Assembly: GCA_964452145.1 (NCBI GenBank)
Contig: CAYVLA010000009.1
Location: 28,206-63,864 of the forward strand
Origin: Candidatus Hadarchaeota archaeon
Lineage (GTDB): Archaea; CAYQAE01; CAYVLA01
Direction: 5' to 3'
DNA length: 35,659 nucleotides
Below are positions 9,945 through 19,345 of the stretch, piece by piece; position 1 is the first letter of the stretch; each line of letters begins with the position of its first letter. The position numbers and the translations under genes were made by a program. The notes under the pieces are model-generated. The model made no database searches. It was not told where the DNA came from and saw only the letters and a program-made list of their open reading frames with translations.

Positions 9945-10035
9945 CAGCCGACCGAGCTTACACGAGACCCTTCAGAGCGATGCGCCACATCAATGAAGCA
10001 CTGCCGGTCCCGGACAGCCCGGCCCATAGTACCGA

Positions 10036-10704
10036 TCAGGCCCGAATCCAATCATCGTGCGAGATTAATGGCCGGCTCACCTCTTCAAGGACCTCGGCTG
10101 ACATCCTCCCATCCTTCACGAGCTGATAGCCGGCCTTCCTCGAGGCCTGGAGGATCTTCCTCGCCGCATCCTCGTCCTTCCTCATGAGCGAGAAGTGGGG
10201 CCTGAGCAAGGCGCCCGCGAACTCCACGCCCGCGTCCTCAGCTATCTCCTTCGAGATGCGGAGAACCGTTCCGAAGTTGTCCAGTTCCCACCAACCACAC
10301 GTGGAGACAAGCACTATCTTCCTGATCCCCACGTCCCCGTGAAACATCGCACGGGTTCGTCCATCCCGAATCGTGAGAATCGGGTTCAGGAGGGGACAGA
10401 ACCTGTTCACGAAGTTCTGCATCTGGCCGGGGAGCGGTATGTACACGGGCGTGGCAAGGACAAGGATCTGGGCCCTCCGCAGCTTGGGGTAGAGCATGTC
10501 CATGTCATCGGATTGGACGCACTCTCCCAGCTTAACTCGCCAGCAGTGGAAATCCCCCATACACGGCTTGATGTTGAGTCTCTCCAGGTAGAACAGCTCA
10601 ACCACCGCCCCGGCCTGCTGCATTCCCTCCAGGAATGGATCCAGTATCACGGTGGTGTCGCTCTTCTCCATCCGACGGCTTCCGCTCACGGCTAAGACAT
10701 GCAT
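10036..10704 (-). CDS. Flavodoxin-family / iron-sulfur flavoprotein-like NAD(P)H-dependent FMN reductase
   Basis: N-terminal VLAVSGSRR...T; KPCMGDFHCW..GECVQSDDM Cys cluster; LATPVY. Confidence 0.88.
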   Translation of the reverse strand: MHVLAVSGSRRMEKSDTTVILDPFLEGMQQAGAVVELFYLERLNIKPCMGDFHCWRVKLGECVQSDDMDMLYPKLRRAQILVLATPVYIPLPGQMQNFVNRFCPLLNPILTIRDGRTRAMFHGDVGIRKIVLVSTCGWWELDNFGTVLRISKEIAEDAGVEFAGALLRPHFSLMRKDEDAARKILQASRKAGYQLVKDGRMSAEVLEEVSRPLISHDDWIRA

Positions 10705-10977
10705 CGCGTGCCCCTCTTCCCCCCGATCCGATCAACAAACAGAAAAAGGTTTGGTGCATCGTGCATCGCGAATCGGATCAACGACCGTCCGGGTCTGCAA
10801 CGCGTCTAATGGCCCATCGGACATGCCTTCGAGCCGGCAACAGAGGATGGTACTGTCAAGACAAAGTGCGATGAGGACAGCCGGCCTGACGCGTTGCTTT
10901 ACGGGGCACAAGTGTTTTCAGTTCGCTGGACCATGATTGAGTCGGGTCGGACCTGCTTGAGGACATATGCAGAGGGA

Positions 10978-11478
10978 ATGCAAAACGCTTTCTACGAGGA
11001 GAGACTCTACGCCCCATGGAACATCCTCATCATCGGCACGGTCGCCCTCGCCTCGCTGGCCGTCCTCGTCTGGCAGCTGGTCGCTGGCTCCCCGGGGACG
11101 CAGCCCGCCCCGGATTGGGGCAACTGGTTCCTCGCGGGAGTAGCGCTGCTATTCCTTGCATTGTGGGTCAACTTTGCTGCGCTGACCATCAGGGTGACGA
11201 CGCAGGGGGTCTCGGTAGGCTACGGCATCATCTGGCACCGCATCCCGTGGCACAACGTATCCGGCTGCAGTCTGGACGAGGCGTCCATGGCGAGGTACGG
11301 TGGATGGGGCATCCGCGTGGGTTGGGCAGGCGGCAAGAGACGGCTGGCATTCACCACTCCCGGGGTTCCCCGGGTGGTGATAGAGAAGGGACAGGGCTAC
11401 TGCTCGGAGTTTGCCTTCTCGACATGGAACCCTGAAGGGGTGATGAGGGCCGTCAGAGAAGGCCTTGGCAGGGCATGA
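10978..11478 (+). CDS. Small membrane protein (two TM helices plus PH-like domain)
   Basis: Two hydrophobic helices, then LTIRVT..GVSVGYG, YGGWGIR and FAFST.NPE, a common uncharacterised membrane family. ATG 10978 chosen. Confidence 0.75.
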   Translation: MQNAFYEERLYAPWNILIIGTVALASLAVLVWQLVAGSPGTQPAPDWGNWFLAGVALLFLALWVNFAALTIRVTTQGVSVGYGIIWHRIPWHNVSGCSLDEASMARYGGWGIRVGWAGGKRRLAFTTPGVPRVVIEKGQGYCSEFAFSTWNPEGVMRAVREGLGRA

Positions 11479-11921
11479 AGGCCACGAAGGGCCCGGGCAA
11501 GCCATGGAAAGGCGTCGGCAGATCAAGGCACACAAGCTCTCGATCTCCAGGCGGCGCCTCGCTTCTCGCTGACCGAATCCCTCTTGGCATTGTCTTTCAT
11601 CACCCAAGGGGACAACGAGCCGGTCTTGAGTAGGGCCCATCCGACTTGCCTTGACGCGAGTCAGGGAAAACGGAAGGCTTCTGAGACCCGCAACCACGTA
11701 GTCCATCTCGAAGTCAGGTGGCACCAATCGCCTGAGCGAGCGGTAACCGGGAGCGCTGCCTTGCTCCGGGGGGCTCATTGCCATGTCGACTCCGATGGAA
11801 TCCGCTTGGCCCGTCACCTAACCCTAACCCTTCGGGCATCCCTTGGCAGACGGCCTCGAGGCGCACGCCAACGCATTTATGTGGACCGAGTCGGCACGCA
11901 TCCTCCTTGAGAAGCGAGATC

Positions 11922-12887
11922 ATGGTAACAGGGGCGGCCATTCTGGTAATCCTTGCCGGAGGCTGTCTCTTCGATGGGCAGGACGATCAGGGAAAGATCA
12001 ACTGGACTCAGCGAAGACTGGAGTCCCTGCCTCAGGTTTCGAAGATCCTTCCGGAGGATGATCTCTTCCCACCCGTCATCCATGACGATGGTTGGGAGGA
12101 GCCCGTGCCCATTGGCTCCCCTATCAACACAGCAGGGGCCGAGGATTCGCCCTTCATCCTTCCCGGAGGCGAGGCCTTCTACTTCTTCTTCACTCCGGAC
12201 GTCGGAATCCCACCCGCAAAGCAGATCTCTGACGGAGTCACGGGAATCTGGGTCTGCGAGAGGAAGGACGGTCGATGGTCCGCCCCGGAGAAGGTCGTGC
12301 TGAGCAATGACATCTCCCTCGATGGTTGCGCCTTCGTTCTTGACGACAGGATGTGGTTCGCTTCCGTCAGGGCGGGCAACGTACGGGAGATCGACTACTA
12401 CGTCGCGGACCTTGTCGAGGGGAGGTGGAGGAACTGGAGAAGGGCCGGGGAGGACATCAACGGTCGCCAGATCGGCGAGCTCCACATATCCTCTGACCTG
12501 ACGGCCCTCTACTTCGGCTCGGGCATGCCGGGGGGCCATGGAGGTCGGGACCTCTGGATCTGCGAGGGCACCGATGGCGGCTGGTCGGATCCCGTCAACC
12601 TGGGCCCGACAGTGAATAGCGAGGGTGACGAGGACCAGCCCTTCTTGACCCGGGACGGGCGCGAGCTTTGGTTCACCGGAACCAGCAGGCTGGGCTATCC
12701 CGGACCGGCCGTGTTCCGGTCCTTGCGGGAGGAGGGCGGGGGCTGGGGAGAGCCCCAGGAGGTGATCTCACGCTTCGCGGGGGAGCCCTGCCTGGACGCG
12801 GATGGCAACATCTACTTCGTTCACCACTTCTACAGCTCGGAAAGCGAGATGCTCGAGGCCGACATCTACGTGGCCTGGCGGCGCTGA
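11922..12887 (+). CDS. Secreted/lipoprotein PD40 (TolB-like) beta-propeller protein
   Basis: Hydrophobic N-terminus ending LAGGC (lipobox-like). Repeated PD40 motifs: WEEPVPIGSPINTAGAEDSPFI, GGRDLW, WSDPVNLGPTVNSEGDEDQPFLTRDGRELWF. Confidence 0.85.
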   Translation: MVTGAAILVILAGGCLFDGQDDQGKINWTQRRLESLPQVSKILPEDDLFPPVIHDDGWEEPVPIGSPINTAGAEDSPFILPGGEAFYFFFTPDVGIPPAKQISDGVTGIWVCERKDGRWSAPEKVVLSNDISLDGCAFVLDDRMWFASVRAGNVREIDYYVADLVEGRWRNWRRAGEDINGRQIGELHISSDLTALYFGSGMPGGHGGRDLWICEGTDGGWSDPVNLGPTVNSEGDEDQPFLTRDGRELWFTGTSRLGYPGPAVFRSLREEGGGWGEPQEVISRFAGEPCLDADGNIYFVHHFYSSESEMLEADIYVAWRR

Positions 12888-13127
12888 GCGCGGAACTGGC
12901 CCATTCCCAACAGGATCCTGACTGCTGGGAAGGTCGACCGGTACGTCAGGCGTACCGGAACAAGCGAACCTAGGTCCCCGCACGATGATCCTGCCCAGGG
13001 CCATGCACCGAGTGGTTTCACTCAGCGTCCCGCACCAGGTCTCGGGAAGTTTCAACCGCTTTCCGGCTCTCGACCTTCCGGCCTTCAAAACAGTAATATG
13101 CTCGTCGAGCCCTATGGCTCGTCGACC

Positions 13128-14531
13128 ATGGACCGAGCTGTGCCGTTCGCTGCCGCAGTCCTGGCAATCCTTGTCATCTGCATCTTCATATTGGGCTGGA
13201 GGCAGAAGGAGGCCCCGCCCGGTCTTCGCGTGGAGGATGATCGCCTGATGGATGGGAACCGGACCCTCTTCATCCGCGGCGCGATGTACTTCCAGCCCCA
13301 CGCCTTTCACCAGTACTTCTGGGAGGAGCTGGATCTGGGCAGGCTGAAACACGACTTGACCACCATCAGCGGCCAAGGATTCAACGCCATAGCTGTGCAG
13401 GTCAACTGGGGATCCTTCATGACCAAGCTCGATCAGGCGGAGCGCGGCCGGACCCTGAGCGAGGACAACGAGGAGAAACTGATCGAACTGCTGACCGAGG
13501 CCGAGAGGAACAACCTCTACACCATTCTCTGGTTCGGCATCTCCAGGATCCCGGAGGGCGTGGAAGCCAAGTTCTACGAGGAGTGCGTTGATGCCGGCGG
13601 CGCCAGGCACGGGCCCTTCCTGGGATACCTCCTCTTCGACTACCCCGGCATCGTTGAGGAAGATGCCTTTACCTGGCAGTGCTTCGTCGAGTTCCACGAA
13701 CGCATCGCCAGGATCACGCGCGGCTTCGACAAGATCATCTACGACCCTCTGGACTGGCAGCACCTCAACATGAATGCCTGGTCATGGGACGATTCCCTGA
13801 ACCTCAAGGCCTGGCGCGGCTTTCTCCAGGACACCGTCCCCGATCTGGGATACTGGAACCGGAGATGGGGCGAGAACAACTCGGAATGGGGCGATGTGCT
13901 TTTCCCGGTCGATTCCTGGGTCAAGGACACCATCGGCCTGCTCGAAACGAGCCACTACCACGGCCTTCCCATATTGCCGTATGCGGACAAGAAGTGGAAC
14001 GACTTCAACGAATGGCACAACTTCATCTACAGGAAGGTCGCAGAGGAGATAACAGCCGCGATAAGGCGGGCAAACCCCGAGGCCCTGATCGGCCAGAGGC
14101 TCGACTTCTGGAGGTACGGTCAACATCGAGAGGAGACCTGGGGCGTCGGGTCGGTCGACATCTACTTCGCCGGTGACTACCCTGCGGGAGTTGGGGAGGC
14201 GAACGACGCCTCAGCCCTGGTCTTGCGGAATCTCAATGCTCTACGATCGCGGGCAAGGCACACGAAGCCCGTCCTGTTCTGGGAAACAGGCATAGACGTC
14301 AGGCTGCTGTACCCGGGGGAGGAACCGGAGACTCTCGAGACCAAGCGGGCGGGTTATCTCACGACGCTGGATCGATCTTGCCTTGAGGAAGGCCTAGCGG
14401 GCTGGTGCTGGTGGGTCTGGAGGGACTACTACCTGGACGAGGCCAGCAAGGACTGGGGGCTCGTGACCGTTGACGACCGACCCAAGGCCGCGATAGCTGC
14501 CTTACAGAGGCTGGACACCTCCGGCACATGA
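13128..14531 (+). CDS. Membrane-anchored clan GH-A-like glycoside hydrolase (GH5/GH42-like)
   Basis: N-terminal TM; FIRGAMY; DLTTISGQGFNAIAVQVNW; AWRGFL...WNRRWG (GH42-like insert); KPVLFWETG nucleophile-like motif; GWCWWVWRD; WGLVTVDDRPK. Confidence 0.75.
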   Translation: MDRAVPFAAAVLAILVICIFILGWRQKEAPPGLRVEDDRLMDGNRTLFIRGAMYFQPHAFHQYFWEELDLGRLKHDLTTISGQGFNAIAVQVNWGSFMTKLDQAERGRTLSEDNEEKLIELLTEAERNNLYTILWFGISRIPEGVEAKFYEECVDAGGARHGPFLGYLLFDYPGIVEEDAFTWQCFVEFHERIARITRGFDKIIYDPLDWQHLNMNAWSWDDSLNLKAWRGFLQDTVPDLGYWNRRWGENNSEWGDVLFPVDSWVKDTIGLLETSHYHGLPILPYADKKWNDFNEWHNFIYRKVAEEITAAIRRANPEALIGQRLDFWRYGQHREETWGVGSVDIYFAGDYPAGVGEANDASALVLRNLNALRSRARHTKPVLFWETGIDVRLLYPGEEPETLETKRAGYLTTLDRSCLEEGLAGWCWWVWRDYYLDEASKDWGLVTVDDRPKAAIAALQRLDTSGT

Positions 14532-14796
14532 ACTGGGCTCGCCCTGCGGATCGTCGGCAAGTACCGATCCCCCCAACATGGTCGCCAGGTTCTTAGGCAT
14601 GTTGCATCTCGGGTTGTCATCTCGGGGTCGATGCTGTTCTCGATGGAAAGCTTCGCGTTCGACAACCAGTTTGGGTGAGATTCATCGTCGGACGCTGCTG
14701 CACGAAGGACTCTCAAGTCCCGCTGGACCAGGCCCGGCAACCAGCCCGGCACGGGGACCTCTACAAGGCGTGCTCCGCCATCCGCCATCACAACAG

Positions 14797-14854
14797 TTAT
14801 ATCGTGCCAATGCTCACTGGCACTAATGGTAATAGCATCTACCGATATTGGCAC
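14797..14854 (+). promoter_or_regulatory. TATA box and inverted-repeat operator of the AbrB-PIN operon
   Basis: TTATAT at 14797-14802, about 24 nt before ATG 14826. Inverted repeat GTGCCA(14804-09)-N8-TGGCAC(14818-23). Extra half-site ATTGGCAC at 14847-14854. Confidence 0.65.
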
Positions 14855-15059
14855 CAACGGCAGGCTGGTTGTCCCAAAGAAGATACGCGACGCCATGAAG
14901 ATCAAGGAAGGGGACACCATACTTTTCGAGAAGATATCCGACCAGGAGGCAAGACTGAAGATCCTTCGGGGGGAGGATGAGTTCCTCAAGGCAATCCATA
15001 GCGCGGAGAAGGGCAAAGCCCTGGATACAGGGAAGCTCAAGGAGGAACTCTGGGGCTGA
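14826..15059 (+). CDS. AbrB/MazE/SpoVT-family antitoxin
   Basis: IGTNGRLVVPKKIRDAMKIKEGD swapped-hairpin motif; directly upstream of a PIN gene. Confidence 0.92.
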   Translation: MVIASTDIGTNGRLVVPKKIRDAMKIKEGDTILFEKISDQEARLKILRGEDEFLKAIHSAEKGKALDTGKLKEELWG

Positions 15060-15066
15060 TTCCGGT

Positions 15067-15471
15067 ATGCTGGTCGACGCCAACATCTTCATCTTCGCCA
15101 GCGACGCGGGCTACGCGGAGCACGTCGATGCGGTGAAGTTCTTCGAAACCTCGTCGGAGGACCTTGAATTCAACACCATCGTGGCTCTGGAATGCCACTA
15201 CGGATGTCTCAGGAACCTGGGAGCGCCGAAGGCGGAGAGAATAATGAAGACGATGTTCGAATCCCAGATGCTTTCGTACTATGACATCGAGAGAGAAGAT
15301 GTCCTCGAAGGGGCGGCGATAGCGGTGCAGCATGGGATGAAGACCAATGATGCTACCGTCGTCGCCAGCATGCTGAGAAAAGGAATACGCAAGATCGCCA
15401 CCGACAACGTCAAGGACTTCCGGCGCCACCCTGACATCCAGGTCCTCAACCCGATCAGGAGAAGGGCGTAG
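15067..15471 (+). CDS. vapC: PIN-domain (VapC-type) toxin
   Basis: MLVDANIF, ALE, NDATVVASM and IATDNVKDF acidic PIN residues. The true start is ATG 15067, inside ORF 14977..15471. Confidence 0.92.
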   Translation: MLVDANIFIFASDAGYAEHVDAVKFFETSSEDLEFNTIVALECHYGCLRNLGAPKAERIMKTMFESQMLSYYDIEREDVLEGAAIAVQHGMKTNDATVVASMLRKGIRKIATDNVKDFRRHPDIQVLNPIRRRA

Positions 15472-15764
15472 GCGGGGCTGGACCAAGCCGACGGGCCTCG
15501 AATGCCCGGCCTCGGCTTGTGGAGAATGCCAGGGCCGAAGATGCCACCTGGGTGGCATCTTCCCACTCAAGCTGCCCAGTCAACTCACAGGAGTACCCCT
15601 GCGGCGAGTCAGCCCGGGGGCATTCCGACTCAAACCAGCCATGGAGCGCTGGGGGGCGGCACCTTGCGAAGCGGTAGCGCGCTGCGCGTTGCGCGTTACG
15701 AAAGCCATTTATCCCCAGAGACTGGGCGCTGGCAGCAATTCGGCAGCATGCGAGAGTTGAAACC

Positions 15765-18700
15765 GTGACGAGATTGAACCTTTCCAGGAGTCCGATATCC
15801 CTGCTCCTGGCGTATCTGTTGGTAGCTGGTCCGGCAGCTCCCCTGATCCCCGCTGTGGCTGCAGGAGACAAGAAGACCATCCAGTCGTCTTGGGTAAGCT
15901 ACGGCGATGCCGGCAACATAACGATCGTGGGTAACCTGCCCGATAACACCTGGAGGGAGGGCGCAACGGTGAACGTCACGGTCACCATATCCGGGTCCTG
16001 GATCACCATGTATCGCCGCTCGGGCGGCGTCCCAGGGGGCGATATTCTGCTGGAGGGGGGCAAGGCCGACGTCATGGCCGTTGATCCGCCGCTTAAGGTG
16101 CCCGAGGACACGAGCATGTGGGACATAGACTACCTCGGGCAGCCCATGAGACCAGCTTCCGACGGAAGCACGTATTCTTCGAGCAGCAAGTGCAGCATCA
16201 AGTGGCCCAACAACGTCTTCTATCCATCGGGCACGACGTTCACCGTCACCCTGCGGCTGGGCAAGCGGACCATTGATCGGCCGCAGATCGTTGCCGGCGC
16301 CTTGAGGGGCGGTCGCTACGTCTGGCTCTACTTTGAGACCGTGGATCGCGTCGAGGGCACCGTGTACGATATCTGGACCAACGTCCCCCAGGCCGCACAC
16401 ATCAGGGAGAACCCTATGTCCGGGGTCAAGGTCCAGCTCTACAGCCTTCCAGACAGGAAGCTGGTCGCCGAGGCCACGACGGGAACAAGCGGGACGTACC
16501 TGATCGAGTCCGACAAACTCGACCCCAAGCAGCGCTACCTCCTACGCGCAACAACCAAGGTGGAGGGCAGGGAGCTCAAACAGGAACGAAACATCACCGG
16601 GGCCCAGCGCGTCGATCTCTACCTGCCGGCAAGCCTTGTGAAGAACTACCTGGGGCTGGTCGAGCAGCTGGACTCGATTGAGCTGCCGTCCTTGAGCGAT
16701 GTCGACCTCGTCTTGGGCCTGGGCTTCGGCGGCCCCCTCAAGGAGACCTCGGTCTACGGGCCGCTGGCCGAGCTGGCCAAGCTTGGGGTTCAGATCGAGC
16801 AGGGCAACGAAAGCCTGCGAGCTCGTCTGGAGGCGTTCCTGGACAGGATCATTAAGGACTCCCCTCCCTGCAACAGCCTCCTTAAGACACAGCCAGACGC
16901 AGACGATCCTTGGAACAACCTCCTGAGGATCACCCTGGCGATGGGCTTCGTGAGCAACCGGGTGGACGACGCCTACATCTCGATCGACAACGTGGTCAAG
17001 GGCCTGACGGTCGCCATCATGACCACCGTGATGATGGACGGCATGAGGGCCACGGCCAGCACCAAGCTGCCCACCGTGGACAAGCTCACGCCAAAGCCTG
17101 TCCGAGCCGCCCAAGAGTTCCTCCTAGCGAAGGGCAACGAGAAGCTGAAGAACTGGGCCACCACAGCGCACATCACCCTCTTCGCCGGCGCATTCGGCAC
17201 GGGGGGCGTGGACTGGCTTCTCACTAAGGCCGGCGTCACGGACCCCGACACCAAGAACCTCGCCAAGACCGTTCTCGCCAAGGTGATACGATTCGGCATC
17301 ACCGATCTTGTGCGCAAGAACTTCGGCACCAGCCTCGTCTTCGAGGTCATCTTCCAGGGCGCCCGGACCATAGGCGATGTGGCGCTTCTGGAGTTCTACC
17401 TCTGGCTCACCCGGGGCGAGCTGGAGAACGCTCTGTGGGCCGCCAACCACTCCCAAGCCATCAACAAGCCCCTGGAGGCGGTGAACGCGGTATCCGTCAT
17501 GGACACCGAGCATGAGGGGTGGCACAAGAACCAGCACAGCTGGGCGGTCTCCTGGTTCAAGGCCGCGAACATCTTCCGCGGGGTCGGCGGAATCTGGGGA
17601 GTCTGGACCGCGCAGGCAACCGCGCCCCTGGTCAAGCGCCTAATGGCGGCCAACCCCTGGCTCAAGGTCGCCGGGATAGGCAGCTTCGCGGGCGTCATCA
17701 TCACCGAACTCAGGGCACTGTACGTGACATGGGAACAGCAGCTGAACGCAGTCTACGCCTCCTTCGGCGGAGAGTCCCCCTTTGCCAACAAGCAGAGCCT
17801 GGGATCCCCGGCTGGTCCCCTGCCGTCGCCGATGAGCGTGCAGGTACAGGGATACATGGACGCCATCGGCAGGACCAGATCCCCGGTGAAGGCCGGCGAC
17901 AGGGATGCCGCGGCAGAGGCGGTAGCCGATCTGGAACAGTTCGAGGAACAAGTTTCATCGGAGCTTGAAAGCATGTTCCTCAGGCTCGCCGCGGCCTACC
18001 CACAGGCACTATACCAAGTGGAGGGCTTTGACGCAACCTACAGCGGGGCGGCGGATGCTTACACGCAGGCCCTCGCCGAGCAGGCCGACCTGTACGTCTC
18101 CCTAGCCCACTGGCTCAGAAACGAGGAGACCGACCTCGAGCAGCTGCTCACCAGCATCGACACCACGCCCCAGGCGGTCCTGGGAGCATGGACAGCGCTC
18201 TCGCAGGCCGTGGAGTCGGTCGAAGGGGTGGTGGCCCCAGCCTTCCTGGCCCTCTCCCCCAAGATACCTGAGAGAATCCCGGCCAACGGGACGGTCGAGG
18301 TGTCGCTTGCAGTCAGGAACGTGGGCGACGAGCCGGCCCGTGGCGTCAAGGTAACCCTGTGGGTCGACGATGCACTGTCCGTCAGATCGGACGCAACGGT
18401 GAGCCTGGGCCAGGTGTCCGCAGGCGGCTCGGCCGAGGCCAGGTGGACGGTCGGCACGAACAGGGGCCGGCCCGGGGATATCGGCACGCTGTGGTTTGCC
18501 GCGGAGGGCGAAGACCTCGAGGCGCCACAGTCAAGCGGAGCGATCCTTGTGACATTTGGGGATGAGGCACAGCTTGAGATCGTGGCCCGGTCCCCCGTGC
18601 AGATGATGGTGAGCGACTCCCTCGGCCACCGGGTTGGATACGACCCGGAGACCGGGGGGACGGCAATCGAGATCCCCGGCGCCGAGTACAGCGGCTCGGG

Positions 18701-19073
18701 AAGCTCGCCCCAGCGCGTCTTAATACCTGACCCTGTAGGCCTCTACCAGGTCGACCTCCTAGGCACGGGCGAGGGGGTGTATCACCTGGAAGTCAGGGCC
18801 CTCCAGAACGGCCGTCTGGTCGGAGTCCAGTCAAGCGAGGGCACGGCAAGCGAGGGAGAGTGGTCAACGGTTCTGGTGCCGGTCGGGCAGGCCAACGGCA
18901 CGCTCACCCTACCCTCCGGCCAGAGGGTGGAGCCGGAGAAGGAACGCTCCTCCCTCCTAGTGGTCTTCGTGGCCCTGGCGTGTGTCGCGGTCGCGGTGGC
19001 CGTGTCGCTGGCAGTGCTGACAAGGAAGAGGGCAGCGAAGACGGTCGCTGGAACGCAGGGAAAGCCATCCTAA
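15765..19073 (+). CDS. Large cell-surface protein: signal peptide, beta-sandwich domains, central helical/hydrophobic region, CARDB-like domain, C-terminal TM anchor
   Basis: Signal peptide; PMSGVKVQLY...TTGTSGTY (carboxypeptidase-regulatory-like); VRNVGDEPARGVKV (CARDB/NEW3-like); SPVQMMVSDSLGHRVGYD...EIPGAEY domain; TM followed by RKR tail. Confidence 0.8.
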   Translation: MTRLNLSRSPISLLLAYLLVAGPAAPLIPAVAAGDKKTIQSSWVSYGDAGNITIVGNLPDNTWREGATVNVTVTISGSWITMYRRSGGVPGGDILLEGGKADVMAVDPPLKVPEDTSMWDIDYLGQPMRPASDGSTYSSSSKCSIKWPNNVFYPSGTTFTVTLRLGKRTIDRPQIVAGALRGGRYVWLYFETVDRVEGTVYDIWTNVPQAAHIRENPMSGVKVQLYSLPDRKLVAEATTGTSGTYLIESDKLDPKQRYLLRATTKVEGRELKQERNITGAQRVDLYLPASLVKNYLGLVEQLDSIELPSLSDVDLVLGLGFGGPLKETSVYGPLAELAKLGVQIEQGNESLRARLEAFLDRIIKDSPPCNSLLKTQPDADDPWNNLLRITLAMGFVSNRVDDAYISIDNVVKGLTVAIMTTVMMDGMRATASTKLPTVDKLTPKPVRAAQEFLLAKGNEKLKNWATTAHITLFAGAFGTGGVDWLLTKAGVTDPDTKNLAKTVLAKVIRFGITDLVRKNFGTSLVFEVIFQGARTIGDVALLEFYLWLTRGELENALWAANHSQAINKPLEAVNAVSVMDTEHEGWHKNQHSWAVSWFKAANIFRGVGGIWGVWTAQATAPLVKRLMAANPWLKVAGIGSFAGVIITELRALYVTWEQQLNAVYASFGGESPFANKQSLGSPAGPLPSPMSVQVQGYMDAIGRTRSPVKAGDRDAAAEAVADLEQFEEQVSSELESMFLRLAAAYPQALYQVEGFDATYSGAADAYTQALAEQADLYVSLAHWLRNEETDLEQLLTSIDTTPQAVLGAWTALSQAVESVEGVVAPAFLALSPKIPERIPANGTVEVSLAVRNVGDEPARGVKVTLWVDDALSVRSDATVSLGQVSAGGSAEARWTVGTNRGRPGDIGTLWFAAEGEDLEAPQSSGAILVTFGDEAQLEIVARSPVQMMVSDSLGHRVGYDPETGGTAIEIPGAEYSGSGSSPQRVLIPDPVGLYQVDLLGTGEGVYHLEVRALQNGRLVGVQSSEGTASEGEWSTVLVPVGQANGTLTLPSGQRVEPEKERSSLLVVFVALACVAVAVAVSLAVLTRKRAAKTVAGTQGKPS

Positions 19074-19345
19074 CCAAGGGGTCGACGGGCGGCAAGGCAA
19101 CCCGCGCCCGCGATCCACCCGAGACGAGCGACCAAGGACCTAGCCCTCCATCGCCAGGGCCAGCTGCCCGCATCTGGGATAGTCGACATCCTTAACGGTC
19201 ACAGCAGTGTTGTCCGCTACGATCCCTCCAGCCACTAATCAAGAACAGGCATAGCGCAAGGAGGGCCTCGGCCTTCCTCAGCCTCCGGGCTATGAGGTCC
19301 ACCTCAAGCCCCAGCCCTTCCATTGCATCAGGACCATGGGGGCCA

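Noticed and set aside
11149..11817. 222-aa minus-strand ORF
   Set aside because: Overlaps a better-supported membrane protein gene and has no recognisable motif.
11817..11831. Telomere-like CCTAACCCTAACCCT
   Set aside because: Only about two units, expected by chance.
12768..13763. 331-aa minus-strand ORF
   Set aside because: Antisense shadow of the glycoside hydrolase and PD40 genes.
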